Notes: a model not told the origin generated them from the letters alone. DNA of 63,826 nt, filler included, from Trichomonas gallinae (GCA_008369845.1; 3 parts of 3 records of this genome joined end to end with filler, not necessarily neighbours in it), one strand, 5' to 3'. Counted from the first letter of the whole stretch, positions 22,736 to 34,224 are shown. Made by a program: numbers and translations.

Positions 22736-23761
22736 TTATTCGTTTTGTCCTTCATAGTTCTCTGGTTTGGTTTCATCCCAGTTAACTATTTTGGACTTAA
22801 ATAATTCAAAATTATCAATTGTCAAAATAGTGAGTGAGCGCTTTGAGGATATTGGGTTCCTGGTAAAAGGGTTGCATTTCTTCTCTTGAATTACTTTTAT
22901 CCAAGTGTTATAATCCATAACATAACCATCTGGTGAAATTGCAGGGACACACATTGGTTTGCATGTTATTGGGTCAATAAATCCCGGCATCGGGTTTAAC
23001 ATACTGTTTTTGTCGTATTGCGACATGATTTTTCCAACTGAAAAAGTATATTCGCCTTTAATGAAAGTTAAAGACGTAATTTTGTGTATATTGTGCTTGT
23101 TAACTACGTCGAATTGCATGGAGTTCTTCTTTTTCTTCTTTTTTGCTTTTATATAATTTTTTTCTAGAAGCGCGGCATATAATGTTTTGCACGATTTTTC
23201 GGACTGGTTCGGGAAGTATTCTAAAATATGAGGCCAATCAATGTCGTTTTCATGACTATTTCCAACTAATGTCATAAAATATCGAATATCAACTTCGGAC
23301 CAACCCTGCTTGTTTTCTACCTCTAGTATTTGAGTTCCTGATAGTTTAATACTCGATTGCTGTAAAGCATTTTTTCTTTCAGATTTTCGCGCTGAAATCT
23401 CTTGATTCACACGTTTTACGAAGTCTTTTATCAGTAGATTCACTTTCATTTCCTCTTTGTTGTAATCAGAGAGTTCGTAAGCGATATAAATTTGTTTTAC
23501 TGAAAAATTAGTGAGAATATCAGGATTTTCTTGAATATATTGCTCTATTTGTTTCAATCGTATTCGTAGCATTTGTTCATTTCTTTGTGTAATGAATTTC
23601 ATTGTTGTTGGATCATCAATCACTGGAGGCGGTGGAATTATAGACTTAATTTCTTCATAGTTCGCACTGCCTACAGCAAACAAGGTCTTATCATTGTCAT
23701 CATACACGAAATCATCGTCAGACGAAGATGTTTTGTATCGCTTGGACCTCGTCTTCTTCAT
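22736..23761 (-). CDS. SANT/Myb-like plus U-box domain protein
   Basis: 'GWSEVD...IDWPHILEYFPNQSEKSCKTLY' (SANT) and 'FIDPITCKPM..PAISPDGYVMD...NPFTRNPI' (U-box). Confidence 0.75.
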   Translation of the reverse strand: MKKTRSKRYKTSSSDDDFVYDDNDKTLFAVGSANYEEIKSIIPPPPVIDDPTTMKFITQRNEQMLRIRLKQIEQYIQENPDILTNFSVKQIYIAYELSDYNKEEMKVNLLIKDFVKRVNQEISARKSERKNALQQSSIKLSGTQILEVENKQGWSEVDIRYFMTLVGNSHENDIDWPHILEYFPNQSEKSCKTLYAALLEKNYIKAKKKKKKNSMQFDVVNKHNIHKITSLTFIKGEYTFSVGKIMSQYDKNSMLNPMPGFIDPITCKPMCVPAISPDGYVMDYNTWIKVIQEKKCNPFTRNPISSKRSLTILTIDNFELFKSKIVNWDETKPENYEGQNE

Positions 23762-24418
23762 TTTTAAACGAAAACAATCAGTACGTCTTTATTTATATCA
23801 TAATAAAGACTTTTGCATGAGAAATTTTCAATAAAAGTCTCCATTTGAAAATGTTTTTTGATTATTATGATATAACCAATGGAACCAATCAAATGTTGTA
23901 TATATTATTGTGAATTATCTTGCAAAAGACGTGAAAATGATGTGTTTTTTGAGATTTTGCAATTTTCACGATATGGCAAAAATTCCACTCGTTTGGTGCT
24001 AAAAGTGACGTTTTTCTAGATGCAGAATCGTTTCTGGGATAGTTCAAGTGGTTAATCTTATAATTCATATATGTATAATAAAAACTTCTAAATGCATGCA
24101 CAGGAAATACTTTAACAAGTAGTAATTCAGCTTCAAAACAAATATAGTCGTTTCTACTTTTTTTTTTTCAAAATTCTGCGCGCGGATGAATTATTCGACA
24201 TTTAATAGGTCAACTAACAGGCAACACGGAATCATTATGACTTATATACTATAATATATCCCCTACATATATATCATAATTGTTATATTGCAGATTTATT
24301 ATATACAGAGATAAATTACAAAATGATAACTCTGATCAATAAATAGAATGAAAAAATAATCATCTATTTAAATAAATAAAGATTTTTAATTATACAATCT
24401 ATAATATATAAAACAACA

Positions 24419-27400
24419 TTATTTCTTGTCTTTCCAATTCCAGAAATAATTCTTGAATTGATTCAATGTCGACGCAACATATTCGAGAGAGAGATTTCTG
24501 TTCGTTGACTTCTTGAAGTTATCCAGTATCGCCTGCTGCCTTGGAGGGGCAAACGAGTTAACAAAGATGTCGATGATATCTAAATCAAGGACAACACCAG
24601 CAGGGAACTGCTTGTTGTGGAACTCGAAGGCGAAACAGTTTGTCAATGAAGCAAACTGCCACTCAGTCTTCTTCTCAATCATTTTTAAGATGGTAATTTT
24701 ATCGTTGATCGTGTTTTGCCATTCAGTAGACTTATATTCATCGTTCAGCTGAATGAGCGCGCCGATCTGGCCGTTGACTGTCTGATACCAGACGCAGTTG
24801 TAGATGTCGCTGGTGAAATCTACGCCTGTGACTATGTCGCCTACGTTGTAGTTCATCGTCAGTGCGAGATTCTGCTTCTGCGCGACGTTTTGCAAATCAA
24901 TATAAAAGACGTTGCCGAATCTGTCGCCACCGCAGCACGCGCGGGGAAGTGCTGGCTTGAGCGCTGTCACTGGACGAACGGAGTTGTCTTTACCAACTAC
25001 CTTGAGGCTGCGACTGCCGGCGGAGTACTTCAAGAATGTCACACTCGATGAGACATCGCCGACGATAACAATATCGTCGTTTGTTGTCAGGTGGTCGATG
25101 CCTTTTCCGACATTTTGGAGCAGGAAGATCGTGTCTAGTCTGTAGCTTTCGTAGTTGGCTGCAATCAGCGTAAGCTCAGTGTTCTCCGAAACAACTATGA
25201 GCGGGTATTGGTGCTTGTCGTTTGGAGGGAGGACTGTTATGCTCTGGTATTGGTGATTGAAGTGGCCTTCTAGGACCGATGTAGGCTTCATGAGTTGAAG
25301 AGATGGTCTTGGGATTGTGTACAATCTTATCATGCAGCCTTCCTCTTTTCCTATGATGACTGCGACGTAAATCGTGTGGACTTTGTTGTCCTTCAAGATT
25401 GTCGACATTCGTGGCTCCCAGACGCACATGTCGATGATTTCCTCGTTGTCGCCACACTCGTCGAGGAAGTGGCCGGCTCCCCTCGAATCGAGCAACTTGA
25501 TGTCGTTCTCTGTTGCAACAAAGAAGAATGGCGTGCCATCAAGTCCCTTCACGCGAACGATTGGCTGCTTTGTTGGGATCTTGACGTACGACAAATCGTT
25601 CAATTTCTCGACTCTATAAAGCTCGAGCTGCGTGCCTGTTATGCCCACGAAGTGCTGAGAGCCGAGACCGGCAACAAAACTGACGGAGTGCATTGCAACA
25701 GGGTGATACCTGACTTTGTCTTTGGCGTCAACTGTTATTGACCAGACTCTCGAGTTGCAGGCGAGAACGTGCTGCCTCTCAATCGAAACAGCTCTGACTG
25801 GGCCCTGGCCGATACTGAGTGTGTTAGAAATCTCAGGATGCGTGCCGTTCTTATGCCTCAGCACAACGATGCAGCCATTGTCAAGGCCGATGACGTACCT
25901 GTAGTTAGTGAGTGTCGCAATAGATGTAACAGGGGCCATCATAGGAGCCGTGTCGAAGCTGCGCTCGTTATATTCATTCGCGTTGTAGAATCGGACAGTG
26001 AATTCCTTGCCATCGCTTGTTCCGACAGCGAATGTGTCGGCTCTTAGCGCTAGCTCTTGCGGCGCGTTTCTATTCGTTAAAGGCTGGCCTGAGAAGCAGA
26101 GTGCTGTGCAATCGAGAGTGATGTCGAAGATCTGTGTGTTCCTCATGAACTTGCCGTCGTTTTCGATGAAGTCGTAGTACCTTATCAAGTGCTTCTGGTA
26201 GCATATCAAAACCTGTCTGTATGTTGAAGCGAAGAACATGACTTGGTTTATCGTGTCGTTGTTCTTTGGGATGAGCTCCATGGCTCTGGCGTCTGTTGGA
26301 ATGAAAGAAACTCCATCTGGACGGGCTTGAACGAGATATGTGAATTGCATGTGGAGTGTTCCAAGGCCTATTGTCTGCGAGTTCTCTCTGAGGAATTGAA
26401 TTGATGTCTGCCTGAATATTTGGCTATCGCATTCGACAAATTGTGTATAGTTGATGTGAGAAATTGCAATAAGTTTTTTGCCTTCGAATAATGCGCTGTA
26501 AACTCCTGTAACCGGATCGTTAAGCGATGTAGATCCTTTGGAATATGCGTTAATTCCTTGACGGTAAATTATAATGCGATTTGATTTTGGTGTATTGCAA
26601 TAAGAGATAAAATATGGAATTTGGTTCAAAGGAGTTGAGCATTCCATGTCCATTTGTCCGAAATACGTCATCATACACATGGTATGCTTTGCCGGAGGAG
26701 GAGTTATTAAAATTGATTCACCGCTGATTGCAATTGCCATAAGAATATTAGTATTGAATGGGATAATCTTGGTGTAGTAGCCGTCATCCCTGATACCTGG
26801 TGTTAACTTAGTTAAATTAAAATCTAATTTTTCTGAAACCATGTAAAACTCCATATTCTGAGTGACGAATGCTGTAGATTCAGCATTGAATGGATATCCA
26901 GCATAAATTGGAGCTTGCAGCTGATACAGCGAATTTATTTCTGTTAAATCAACAGTTTCGGAAACATAATAAAAAACTGGTGGAATTTCGTCTTCAGACT
27001 CCGATGCTGTAACATAGCAAATGATTGCACCGTCCATATATTGAACAGCGGAAAATAATTTATATCCTTCAACGGAAATCGGTTTTTCGCATAATTTTTC
27101 GAGATTATATGGATTGTAGTATGAAATTACGTTGCCACCTTCGATCCTGCAAAGGGTTTTCCATGGAGTCATAAAACTTAACAGAACAAAGTTGGCAGGT
27201 TTATCGCATTTTGTCATCTTTGACGTTTCCATGTCGAACGTAGCTAAAGCGCCGTGGGTGCAAGATGTAAATAACGAATTTTCCAGTTTGAAGATATTTG
27301 TTGGATTTATCGCAAATGATTTAATTTCAATAACGTGTATTGCTTTAAACAATCCTTCGCCTTTATCGAATCTATAGTGAATAATGTCGTTTTTTCTCAG

Positions 27401-27664
27401 AGCATAAAACGTATCGACGTTATTATCGGGGTTTCCTTTGCAAATATCGTACACTTTCGACATGAATGGTTGCGTCATCCTCGGAATAGCGATCCTGTAT
27501 ATACCATTCTCTAGTCTGAGCTCTGAGATTTGTAGATGCGTTCCATAGTTGAAAATACCATAATCCGAGTCTTCATTTACGTTTTCAAACCATTTTCCAA
27601 TCAACACGGACACAGGATTGGTCGGAGGACGAATGGTTTTATGGAACCAACATTTCTTATCCAT
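24419..27664 (-). CDS. SF3B3/Rse1-like (CPSF-A/DDB1 family) beta-propeller protein
   Basis: C-terminal motifs 'IVIVGDVSSSV', 'CGGDRFGNVF', 'YNVGDIVT', 'NGQIGALI', 'VLDLDII'. First ATG is 27664; the track's GTG lies inside the AAAGTGAC motif. Confidence 0.75.
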   Translation of the reverse strand: MDKKCWFHKTIRPPTNPVSVLIGKWFENVNEDSDYGIFNYGTHLQISELRLENGIYRIAIPRMTQPFMSKVYDICKGNPDNNVDTFYALRKNDIIHYRFDKGEGLFKAIHVIEIKSFAINPTNIFKLENSLFTSCTHGALATFDMETSKMTKCDKPANFVLLSFMTPWKTLCRIEGGNVISYYNPYNLEKLCEKPISVEGYKLFSAVQYMDGAIICYVTASESEDEIPPVFYYVSETVDLTEINSLYQLQAPIYAGYPFNAESTAFVTQNMEFYMVSEKLDFNLTKLTPGIRDDGYYTKIIPFNTNILMAIAISGESILITPPPAKHTMCMMTYFGQMDMECSTPLNQIPYFISYCNTPKSNRIIIYRQGINAYSKGSTSLNDPVTGVYSALFEGKKLIAISHINYTQFVECDSQIFRQTSIQFLRENSQTIGLGTLHMQFTYLVQARPDGVSFIPTDARAMELIPKNNDTINQVMFFASTYRQVLICYQKHLIRYYDFIENDGKFMRNTQIFDITLDCTALCFSGQPLTNRNAPQELALRADTFAVGTSDGKEFTVRFYNANEYNERSFDTAPMMAPVTSIATLTNYRYVIGLDNGCIVVLRHKNGTHPEISNTLSIGQGPVRAVSIERQHVLACNSRVWSITVDAKDKVRYHPVAMHSVSFVAGLGSQHFVGITGTQLELYRVEKLNDLSYVKIPTKQPIVRVKGLDGTPFFFVATENDIKLLDSRGAGHFLDECGDNEEIIDMCVWEPRMSTILKDNKVHTIYVAVIIGKEEGCMIRLYTIPRPSLQLMKPTSVLEGHFNHQYQSITVLPPNDKHQYPLIVVSENTELTLIAANYESYRLDTIFLLQNVGKGIDHLTTNDDIVIVGDVSSSVTFLKYSAGSRSLKVVGKDNSVRPVTALKPALPRACCGGDRFGNVFYIDLQNVAQKQNLALTMNYNVGDIVTGVDFTSDIYNCVWYQTVNGQIGALIQLNDEYKSTEWQNTINDKITILKMIEKKTEWQFASLTNCFAFEFHNKQFPAGVVLDLDIIDIFVNSFAPPRQQAILDNFKKSTNRNLSLEYVASTLNQFKNYFWNWKDKK

Positions 27665-27686
27665 TCTGCCCCCTCTAAAAATAGTT

Positions 27687-27694
27687 GTCACTTT
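27687..27694 (-). promoter_or_regulatory. AAAGTGAC motif (trichomonad core-promoter motif M2); also at 658-665(+), 16586-16593(-), 63469-63476(-)
   Basis: In these four cases the exact 8-mer lies 13-33 nt upstream of an ATG on the same strand. Confidence 0.6.
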
Positions 27695-27704
27695 TGAAAA
27701 ATAT

Positions 27705-27720
27705 TTTACATGTCAAAATT
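27705..27720. promoter_or_regulatory. Recurrent upstream motif TTTACATGTCAAAATT
   Basis: Same motif at 15708, 39388(rc), 39544 (variant), 46652(rc), 46673(rc), 59518 (partial rc) and 63643, all just upstream of genes. Confidence 0.55.
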
Positions 27721-27960
27721 GGTTTACACGTCAAATTTAGTTGACATATACGTATTTCATTCTGTCTGTAAATTAAACAGAGTATAATGACAGAATTATT
27801 ATCTGCATATAAAAATCCGAATACATCAAATCGAAAATTAAATAGTCCAAATTACAAAATATATTTTTAAATTTAGATATCCTATTGGCTGATATCTAAA
27901 AAAAGATATGATTGTTAAAATTAAATGTTTTTAGTCTTGAACTAAAACGTTAGTGAGGGT

Positions 27961-28275
27961 TTAGTATCCCTGGTATTGGTTGTAACCACCCTGGAATCCA
28001 CCCTGGGAAGCATATTGTGGGTTAGCGTATGAAGCGCCACCCTGGACGAATGGATCCTGAGACTGAGCGAATCCACCCTGATCTGCGAAGCTGGCATCGA
28101 ATTGTGCTGGAGCGACGGAAGCAGAGGCAGCAGCTGTCTGTGCGACAGTCTTTGTCTCTTCGACTGTGCCGGAAAGTGCCTGAACATCGGCCTGAAGCTT
28201 GGCGATGGCAGCGTTCTGGTCTCTCATGGACTGGATAAGGAATGGCATAGCGAAGTCTGTGCAATCGTTGCGCCA
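27961..28275 (-). CDS. CHC: Clathrin heavy chain, C-terminal fragment (5' part missing at the gap)
   Basis: Frame is open up to the gap: 'WRNDCTDFAMPFLIQSMRD' matches the clathrin trimerization motif WR...DFAMPY.IQ.MRE, followed by a Q/G/Y-rich tail. Confidence 0.85.
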   Translation of the reverse strand, partial: WRNDCTDFAMPFLIQSMRDQNAAIAKLQADVQALSGTVEETKTVAQTAAASASVAPAQFDASFADQGGFAQSQDPFVQGGASYANPQYASQGGFQGGYNQYQGY

Positions 28276-28375
28276 NNNNNNNNNNNNNNNNNNNNNNNNN
28301 NNNNNNNNNNNNNNNNNNNTTAATTAATTAANNNNNNNNNNNNNNNNNNNNNNNNNNNNNNNNNNNNNNNNNNNN
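28276..28375. other. Artificial assembly spacer (N44-TTAATTAATTAA-N44)
   Basis: Exactly 100 nt with a six-frame-stop linker, identical to the second spacer. Confidence 0.97.
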
Positions 28376-28643
28376 TTTTTTTTTTTTTTTTTTTTTTTTC
28401 AAAACATTACTATTGACTCAGTCTTTTCATGACATTATTCACCCAATATTTGTCATCCGTATTTTCCGTTGCTGTATATAATTTTGCCAACTTATTTTTA
28501 TCCTTTTCAAAACCGTAAAATTGATCAAACAATTATGTATACACAATATTAAATATAATGGAGTATATTCTCCAATAAGTTACCAAAACTCCTTTATTTT
28601 TTGCTTTATCTGATCATTTAAAGCACAATATGCAATGTTATTA

Positions 28644-31600
28644 TTAGCCTTTTTGTTGTTGATGCAATAAGCAAAACATTTTGATTTGTGACTTTTTAAT
28701 TGCAACTGCCTTCCTGAAGTAGTCATCGTAAAACGGTGCAGATGAACATTTTTCTTCGACATTACATGATGGATTATTGACTTGGACTCTGTTGACACTG
28801 ATGCCACAGTAGTTATTTTCAAGATAACTCTCAATGACATCAATACTATCAATACCAATCTTATTCAATGTTTTTGCGGTCATTGCAACTGAAAAATTTG
28901 ATTGTCCAAAGTATGAAAACTTCGGAGTACAAGAGAAAGCTTTCTCTTCTAAAGAAACGAACTCGTACATGACAACATTTCCTATTTTACAAGAATTTCT
29001 AAATGCATACTCTGATACTACGGCATAATCCCATAATTCAACTGTGTGAAGACTCTTACAGTTAGCAAATGCATGAGGATGAACTGTCACCAAGTTGCCG
29101 ATTCTTACCCATTCAATTCCTGTGCCAGCGAAAGATCTCTGTCCAATAGATGCAACAGATGGAGGAATTGGCGCTGATATCAGACTTATACAGTCTTCAA
29201 AAGATGACTCACTAATATCAGTGATATACATTGGAAGAGAGATTTCAGCCAGAACTGGACAACCTTTGAAGCATCCAACTCCAATTGATGTCATTGGCGG
29301 AAGAGTGACTTTCACGAGATTTGGCATTTCAGCGAAAGCATATTCTCCAATAGTCTGCAATGATGTGCAATGAATAAGATTGAGTTGATTTAGATTCGTT
29401 CCTCTGAATGATGAGCTTCCAATTTTCACAATGTTTTCCATTGATGATGAATTAGTCAGGAAAGTTAAATCAGTCCATGACTTGAATGCGTTTGATCTAA
29501 TCGTTGAAACATATTTATCAAAGTGAATGTCGGGGAAGGATTCACAGTCAGAGAAAATACTAAATGGTGCAGCAAAATAGTTGCTCGTTATTATTATTTC
29601 TTCAGCATTTGTCCATCCCGGAAATTCGTTAGATGAAATCGGTCTTCCAATTGTGATTGTTTTTAATTTTTCACATTTGTTGAATGAGTTTGATCCCATA
29701 GATATCTGTGATGCTGTATTTTCGAATGCTACATATTCTAAATTATAGCAATCAGTGAAACAATTTGTTGAAATAGTTCTTATCGATTGTGGAATTGTTA
29801 TTGTCTTTAATTGTCTCCATGAAACGAATAAATCAGTCTTCAGATTGGAAATAGATGGTGAAAACTCAATATTCAGTTCATTATGGCTATCATCAAAGTT
29901 TTGATGTGGTGATGAGAATTTTTCACTTGTTATCAATATTTTGTCAACATAATTCCAGCCTGGGTAATTAGCTGAATCTATTGGTCTTCCAATTGAAATT
30001 GTTTTCAAACTTTCGCAGTTTGCAAAGGCATCACCCTCAATTGTAATTGGATTCGATGTATCAGAGAATTTTACAGAAACTAGATTCCCACATTCAGCGA
30101 AACAGCCCATCTTAAGAGTTGTCAAAGAAGGTGGAATTATAAATGAAGTAAAAACATCCCATCTGCTGAATGCGTTGAAATTCAATGTTGTAACTGTTTT
30201 CTCAAATGAAAGACTTGGAAACATTTCGCAGTCAACAAATGCTGTAAATGGAGCTGCAAAATAATTGCTTGTTATTATTAAGTTTTTCAGTTTTGTCCAT
30301 CCAGGAAAAACTCCTGATGTGATTGTACGTCCAATTCTCACTGTTTCCAAAGATTTACAAACTTGGAAAACTCCTTTATCAATAACTATAGGATCCTCTG
30401 ATTCAAGTAAAGTAACCATCCTAAGTTTATATAATTGGTTTACAGTCATCTTTTTAATAGCTGATACAGATGGAGCAAATTCTAGATTCGGAAATGATTC
30501 ACAGTCATTAAACGCGATAAGTGGTAATCCAAAATCATCAGTAGTTATCACAATTCGATTTAATTTTATCCAATTTGGGAAATCTGAAAGAGGTGAAATC
30601 TCACGACCTAATGTTAGTAACTCCAAGATAGGGCAATTTGCAAAAGCAGCACTTTCTATACGAATATTATTTGGTGAATTTAAAAATGTAATGGAAACTA
30701 AATTAGTGCATCCTGCAAAACAATTGCTTTTCAAAATTGATACTGTAGAAGGGAATGTTATTGATTCTAAGATAATCCAATTACTAAATGCAGATGAACT
30801 TATTACTGAAACTTCAGGTGCAAATTCGAGATTGATGAATGAATGGCATTCTGAAAAAACAGAATATTGACATTCAAAATTATTATTTGTGATAACAATA
30901 TTATTAATATTTCCCCATCCAGCAAGATTTGAAGATGATATAGGTCTTCCAATTGTTAATTTAGTCAATAAGCTACAATTTTCAAAAGTTGCTGTATCAA
31001 TTGAAATAGGATTTGATGAATCAAAAAATGTAACTGCTGTTAAATTTGTCCATGATTTGTATGCATATTTTTTCAAAGATGTTATTGATGGGATGAATTC
31101 CAAATGGATATTAGGAATACATTCTGAAAAAACAGAATATGAAGATACAAAGTTTTCGTTAGTAATCTGAATATTTGTCAACATTATCCAACCAGGGAAC
31201 TCAGTTGATGATATAGGACGACCAATTGTTAAATTAGTTAGTTTCATACAATTTTCAAAAGTAGTTGTATCGATAGAAATTTTATTATTAGAATTTGTGA
31301 TTAATACTTTTTCCAGATTTGTCCATCCTGGAAATTCAGATGAGTATATTTGGCGGCCTATTATTAGATATGAAATAGATTGACAATCTGTGAAAAGACT
31401 GGTATTAATCGAAAATACATTCAACGAATCTGTAAATGTAACCTTTTTAAGATTTGTCCATCCTGGAAATTCAACAGTATTTAGTTGTCTACCTATTGTC
31501 AAAGTAGTTAATGATTTGCAATTTGTGAATAAACTAGTATTTATTAAAAATGAATTTTGAGAATCAATAAATGTAAGTGATTCGAGATTCGTCCATCCTG

Positions 31601-32547
31601 GAAACTCTTGAGTAAAAAGTTGTCTTCCTATTGTTAAATGTTTAATTGATTGGCAATTTTCGAAAAGTTTAGGATGAATTGAAAAACTATTCAATGAATC
31701 AATAAATGTAACAGTTTCAAGATTTATCCAACCAGGAAATTCTGTAATTTGAAGTTGTATTCCTATTATCAAAGTAGTTAATGATGAGCAATTTTCAAAT
31801 GCAGATAATCCAATTGATGATATTCCATTATAATCTGAAAATATAATAGATTTCAAGTTTGTCCATGAATAGAATTCTTTATTGTTGATCGAATATGATG
31901 ATTTAAATTCAATATTAAGAGATAAAAAATCTTTGAAAACATGCTGATATGGACGATTAGAAGAATCTGATATCAAAAGCCTGAGATCTGTTCCAGACCA
32001 TCCCGGAAAAGAAGATATTCTCCAACCAAGTTCTATCGTTTTTATTTGATTGCAATTTGCAAAAGCATTTGAATATATATTAGAACTTTGCCAAGAACTT
32101 TTATATGCAAATATAATATATTCTATATTGGAACAATCAGCAAAGCAGTATTCATTTAAATTTTCAAAAACTGATCCAATATGTATTCTTCTAAGATTTT
32201 TTAAATTGCGAAAGGCTGAGCTCATAATTGTCCCTCCTGTTCCACTTTTAGTAAAGATAATGCTTTCCAAATTTGGGGCTTTTATAAATGCGTTTGTGCC
32301 AATATATTGAACATCGCTTGATTCAACTATCCTTAAATTGTTTCCCGATGAAATCCAATTATCTGGAATACCGGCTATGCCTGTTAATATAATTTTCTTG
32401 AAATTTTCATTAATAAATGAATTTGCTGATAATCCATCATTGTATTTACAGTCACCAAAAATATAGAATTTAATTATCCCCTGGTTTTGATCATACCATT
32501 GAGTACAATAGCATTTCACACTGCAAAGAAACAAAAAAAAATATCAT
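28644..32547 (-). CDS. BspA-like (TpLRR) leucine-rich-repeat surface protein; start ATG out of frame by +1 in a poly-T run
   Basis: Many 'IgxxAFxxCxxLxxI' repeats. ATG at 32547 is 13 nt from the long ORF's TTG; deleting one of nine T gives MIFFLFLCSVKC. Confidence 0.85.
31150..31810 (-). repeat. 135-bp (45-aa) intragenic tandem repeat in BspA
   Basis: 'EFPGW' codons recur at 31192, 31327, 31462, 31597 and 31732. Confidence 0.85.
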
Positions 32548-32943
32548 GTTTAATTGGTTAATAGATCATTCAATATTTTCTTATTTAACTGCCCGACATA
32601 TCCCAACCAATCCCGGTTTAGACATTTTTGGATTCATTCAATTTTTTATATTAATCACAATTTGAATTGTGAATTAAAATTCATTTACACTTCAAAATAT
32701 TTAATTCAAAATTTATTTCTGAAATTTCAGAAATATATTTATGCTGAATATTAATAATTTAATAAACATATCACCTAAAACAATAATTATATTGTTTTTC
32801 AAAAAAAAAAATCAACGAGATTATTTAAAGAAAATTGATGGTATTAATAAACAAATAACATTTTATCAAAGTATTGATCATTATATAATAGTACTTCGTT
32901 TTTCATCACTATTTTATTTGATATATAAGTACATATCTATTGT

Positions 32944-34224
32944 TTATAATATAACACCAGGATTCTCGATGTTTTTGTTGGGATCGGGCCATTTCTGATA
33001 TTTAAGATAATGCAGTCCTATATCAATTGCATCTTCTGCTCGCGAAACAGGAACAGAACCACCAAGATCATGACTGAAATCTTTGTCAACAAAGACAACT
33101 GTTCGAATATCCAAACATTGAGCATCCAAATAAACTGAATAATCGTAAAGGATAGAACAGTACAAAACTGCAATTCCACCTTCTTTCATGAACATAAAGT
33201 TAAAGCAGTTGCTTCCAACAACGGTGAAAATGAACTTTATTGTTGAGTACAACTTAGCATTAGCTAGTACATCTAATTCATCTGTCACAACTTCCCAATT
33301 ATATTCACTAAAACGAGACTTAACTGCTTTAACACATTCTTTAAAGTTGTTGATTGCACGCTTGCCTTTTCGATTCATCATGACATACCTATTGGGAACG
33401 ATTTTATCAACTTTTGCTGCCTTCCGTAATTTACTTGATAACTTTTTCAAAGTTGGGCCAAAATGAGCTACATGAGGCTTTGGATGTGTAGCAACTAATA
33501 TATAATCGGCATTAACCCATTGATTGGCACTGCCGAAAACAACCTGCTTATCCAATCCAAGCAAACGGAAAAATTCCACTTTAAACTCACGATAATCGCA
33601 ACACAAAATTGTTGCGCTCTTCAAAAATTCATTAGGAACTAGCATCAATGGTGCCAAAAAGTCAAGACCGAAGTGACCATACACTTGTAGAGCATGACCA
33701 AATACTATAACGCGATGATAACTGTGAGTTACTGGTCCTTGGCGAGCACCATACATCCATTCAAGTGCTGTATAGTTTTTCGCGTCAATAATATGAGTTC
33801 CGTTAGAAACTGCGCCAATAAAGGATACATAGCAGTCTAAATATATAGTAAACTTGCACTGAACACAATTTGCCCATTCGATAATTTTCTGGTTCGTAGA
33901 TTTAGGGATGATCAATATATCGTTTCCTGATCCTGCATCGTGGTGTCCAGAGAACACTCGCATTATAGATAAATCATTTTTATAGAAATATCCTAATTGT
34001 TTTCGCAATGGATTGAAAGATTCGTTAATCTCCAAAATTTTGAATACATCATCTGGAGATTCTGGAACCGTAGGCTGATCTGATATGTGGTGTATTTTCG
34101 TTTTATGTCTTGGAAAGGTTCGAGTTATTTGTAATTCTAATTTTGGATAATTGGACATATCAAATACATTCATGATCACGATTAAAATGATTGCTGACGT
34201 AAGCAATTGCGTGATGGTACTCAT
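32944..34224 (-). CDS. Glycosyltransferase family 61 (DUF563)-like type II membrane protein
   Basis: N-terminal TM anchor; 'YGHFGLDFLAPL', 'MNRKGKRAINN', 'VVGSNCFNFMFMKEGG'. Confidence 0.8.
   Translation of the reverse strand: MSTITQLLTSAIILIVIMNVFDMSNYPKLELQITRTFPRHKTKIHHISDQPTVPESPDDVFKILEINESFNPLRKQLGYFYKNDLSIMRVFSGHHDAGSGNDILIIPKSTNQKIIEWANCVQCKFTIYLDCYVSFIGAVSNGTHIIDAKNYTALEWMYGARQGPVTHSYHRVIVFGHALQVYGHFGLDFLAPLMLVPNEFLKSATILCCDYREFKVEFFRLLGLDKQVVFGSANQWVNADYILVATHPKPHVAHFGPTLKKLSSKLRKAAKVDKIVPNRYVMMNRKGKRAINNFKECVKAVKSRFSEYNWEVVTDELDVLANAKLYSTIKFIFTVVGSNCFNFMFMKEGGIAVLYCSILYDYSVYLDAQCLDIRTVVFVDKDFSHDLGGSVPVSRAEDAIDIGLHYLKYQKWPDPNKNIENPGVIL

Noticed and set aside
24165..24245. GC-rich patch containing ACTAACAG as a possible intron end or snoRNA
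   Set aside because: No matching 5' splice site or exon frame, and no canonical C/D boxes.
27665..27691. Non-ATG starts given by the ORF track (also 63473, 12664, 59493, 55361, 38865)
   Set aside because: Eukaryotic context; each has a nearby in-frame ATG, and two of the GTGs are part of the AAAGTGAC motif.
28320..28331. Palindromic TTAATTAATTAA inside N runs (also 56081-56092)
   Set aside because: Synthetic six-frame-stop linker added during scaffolding.
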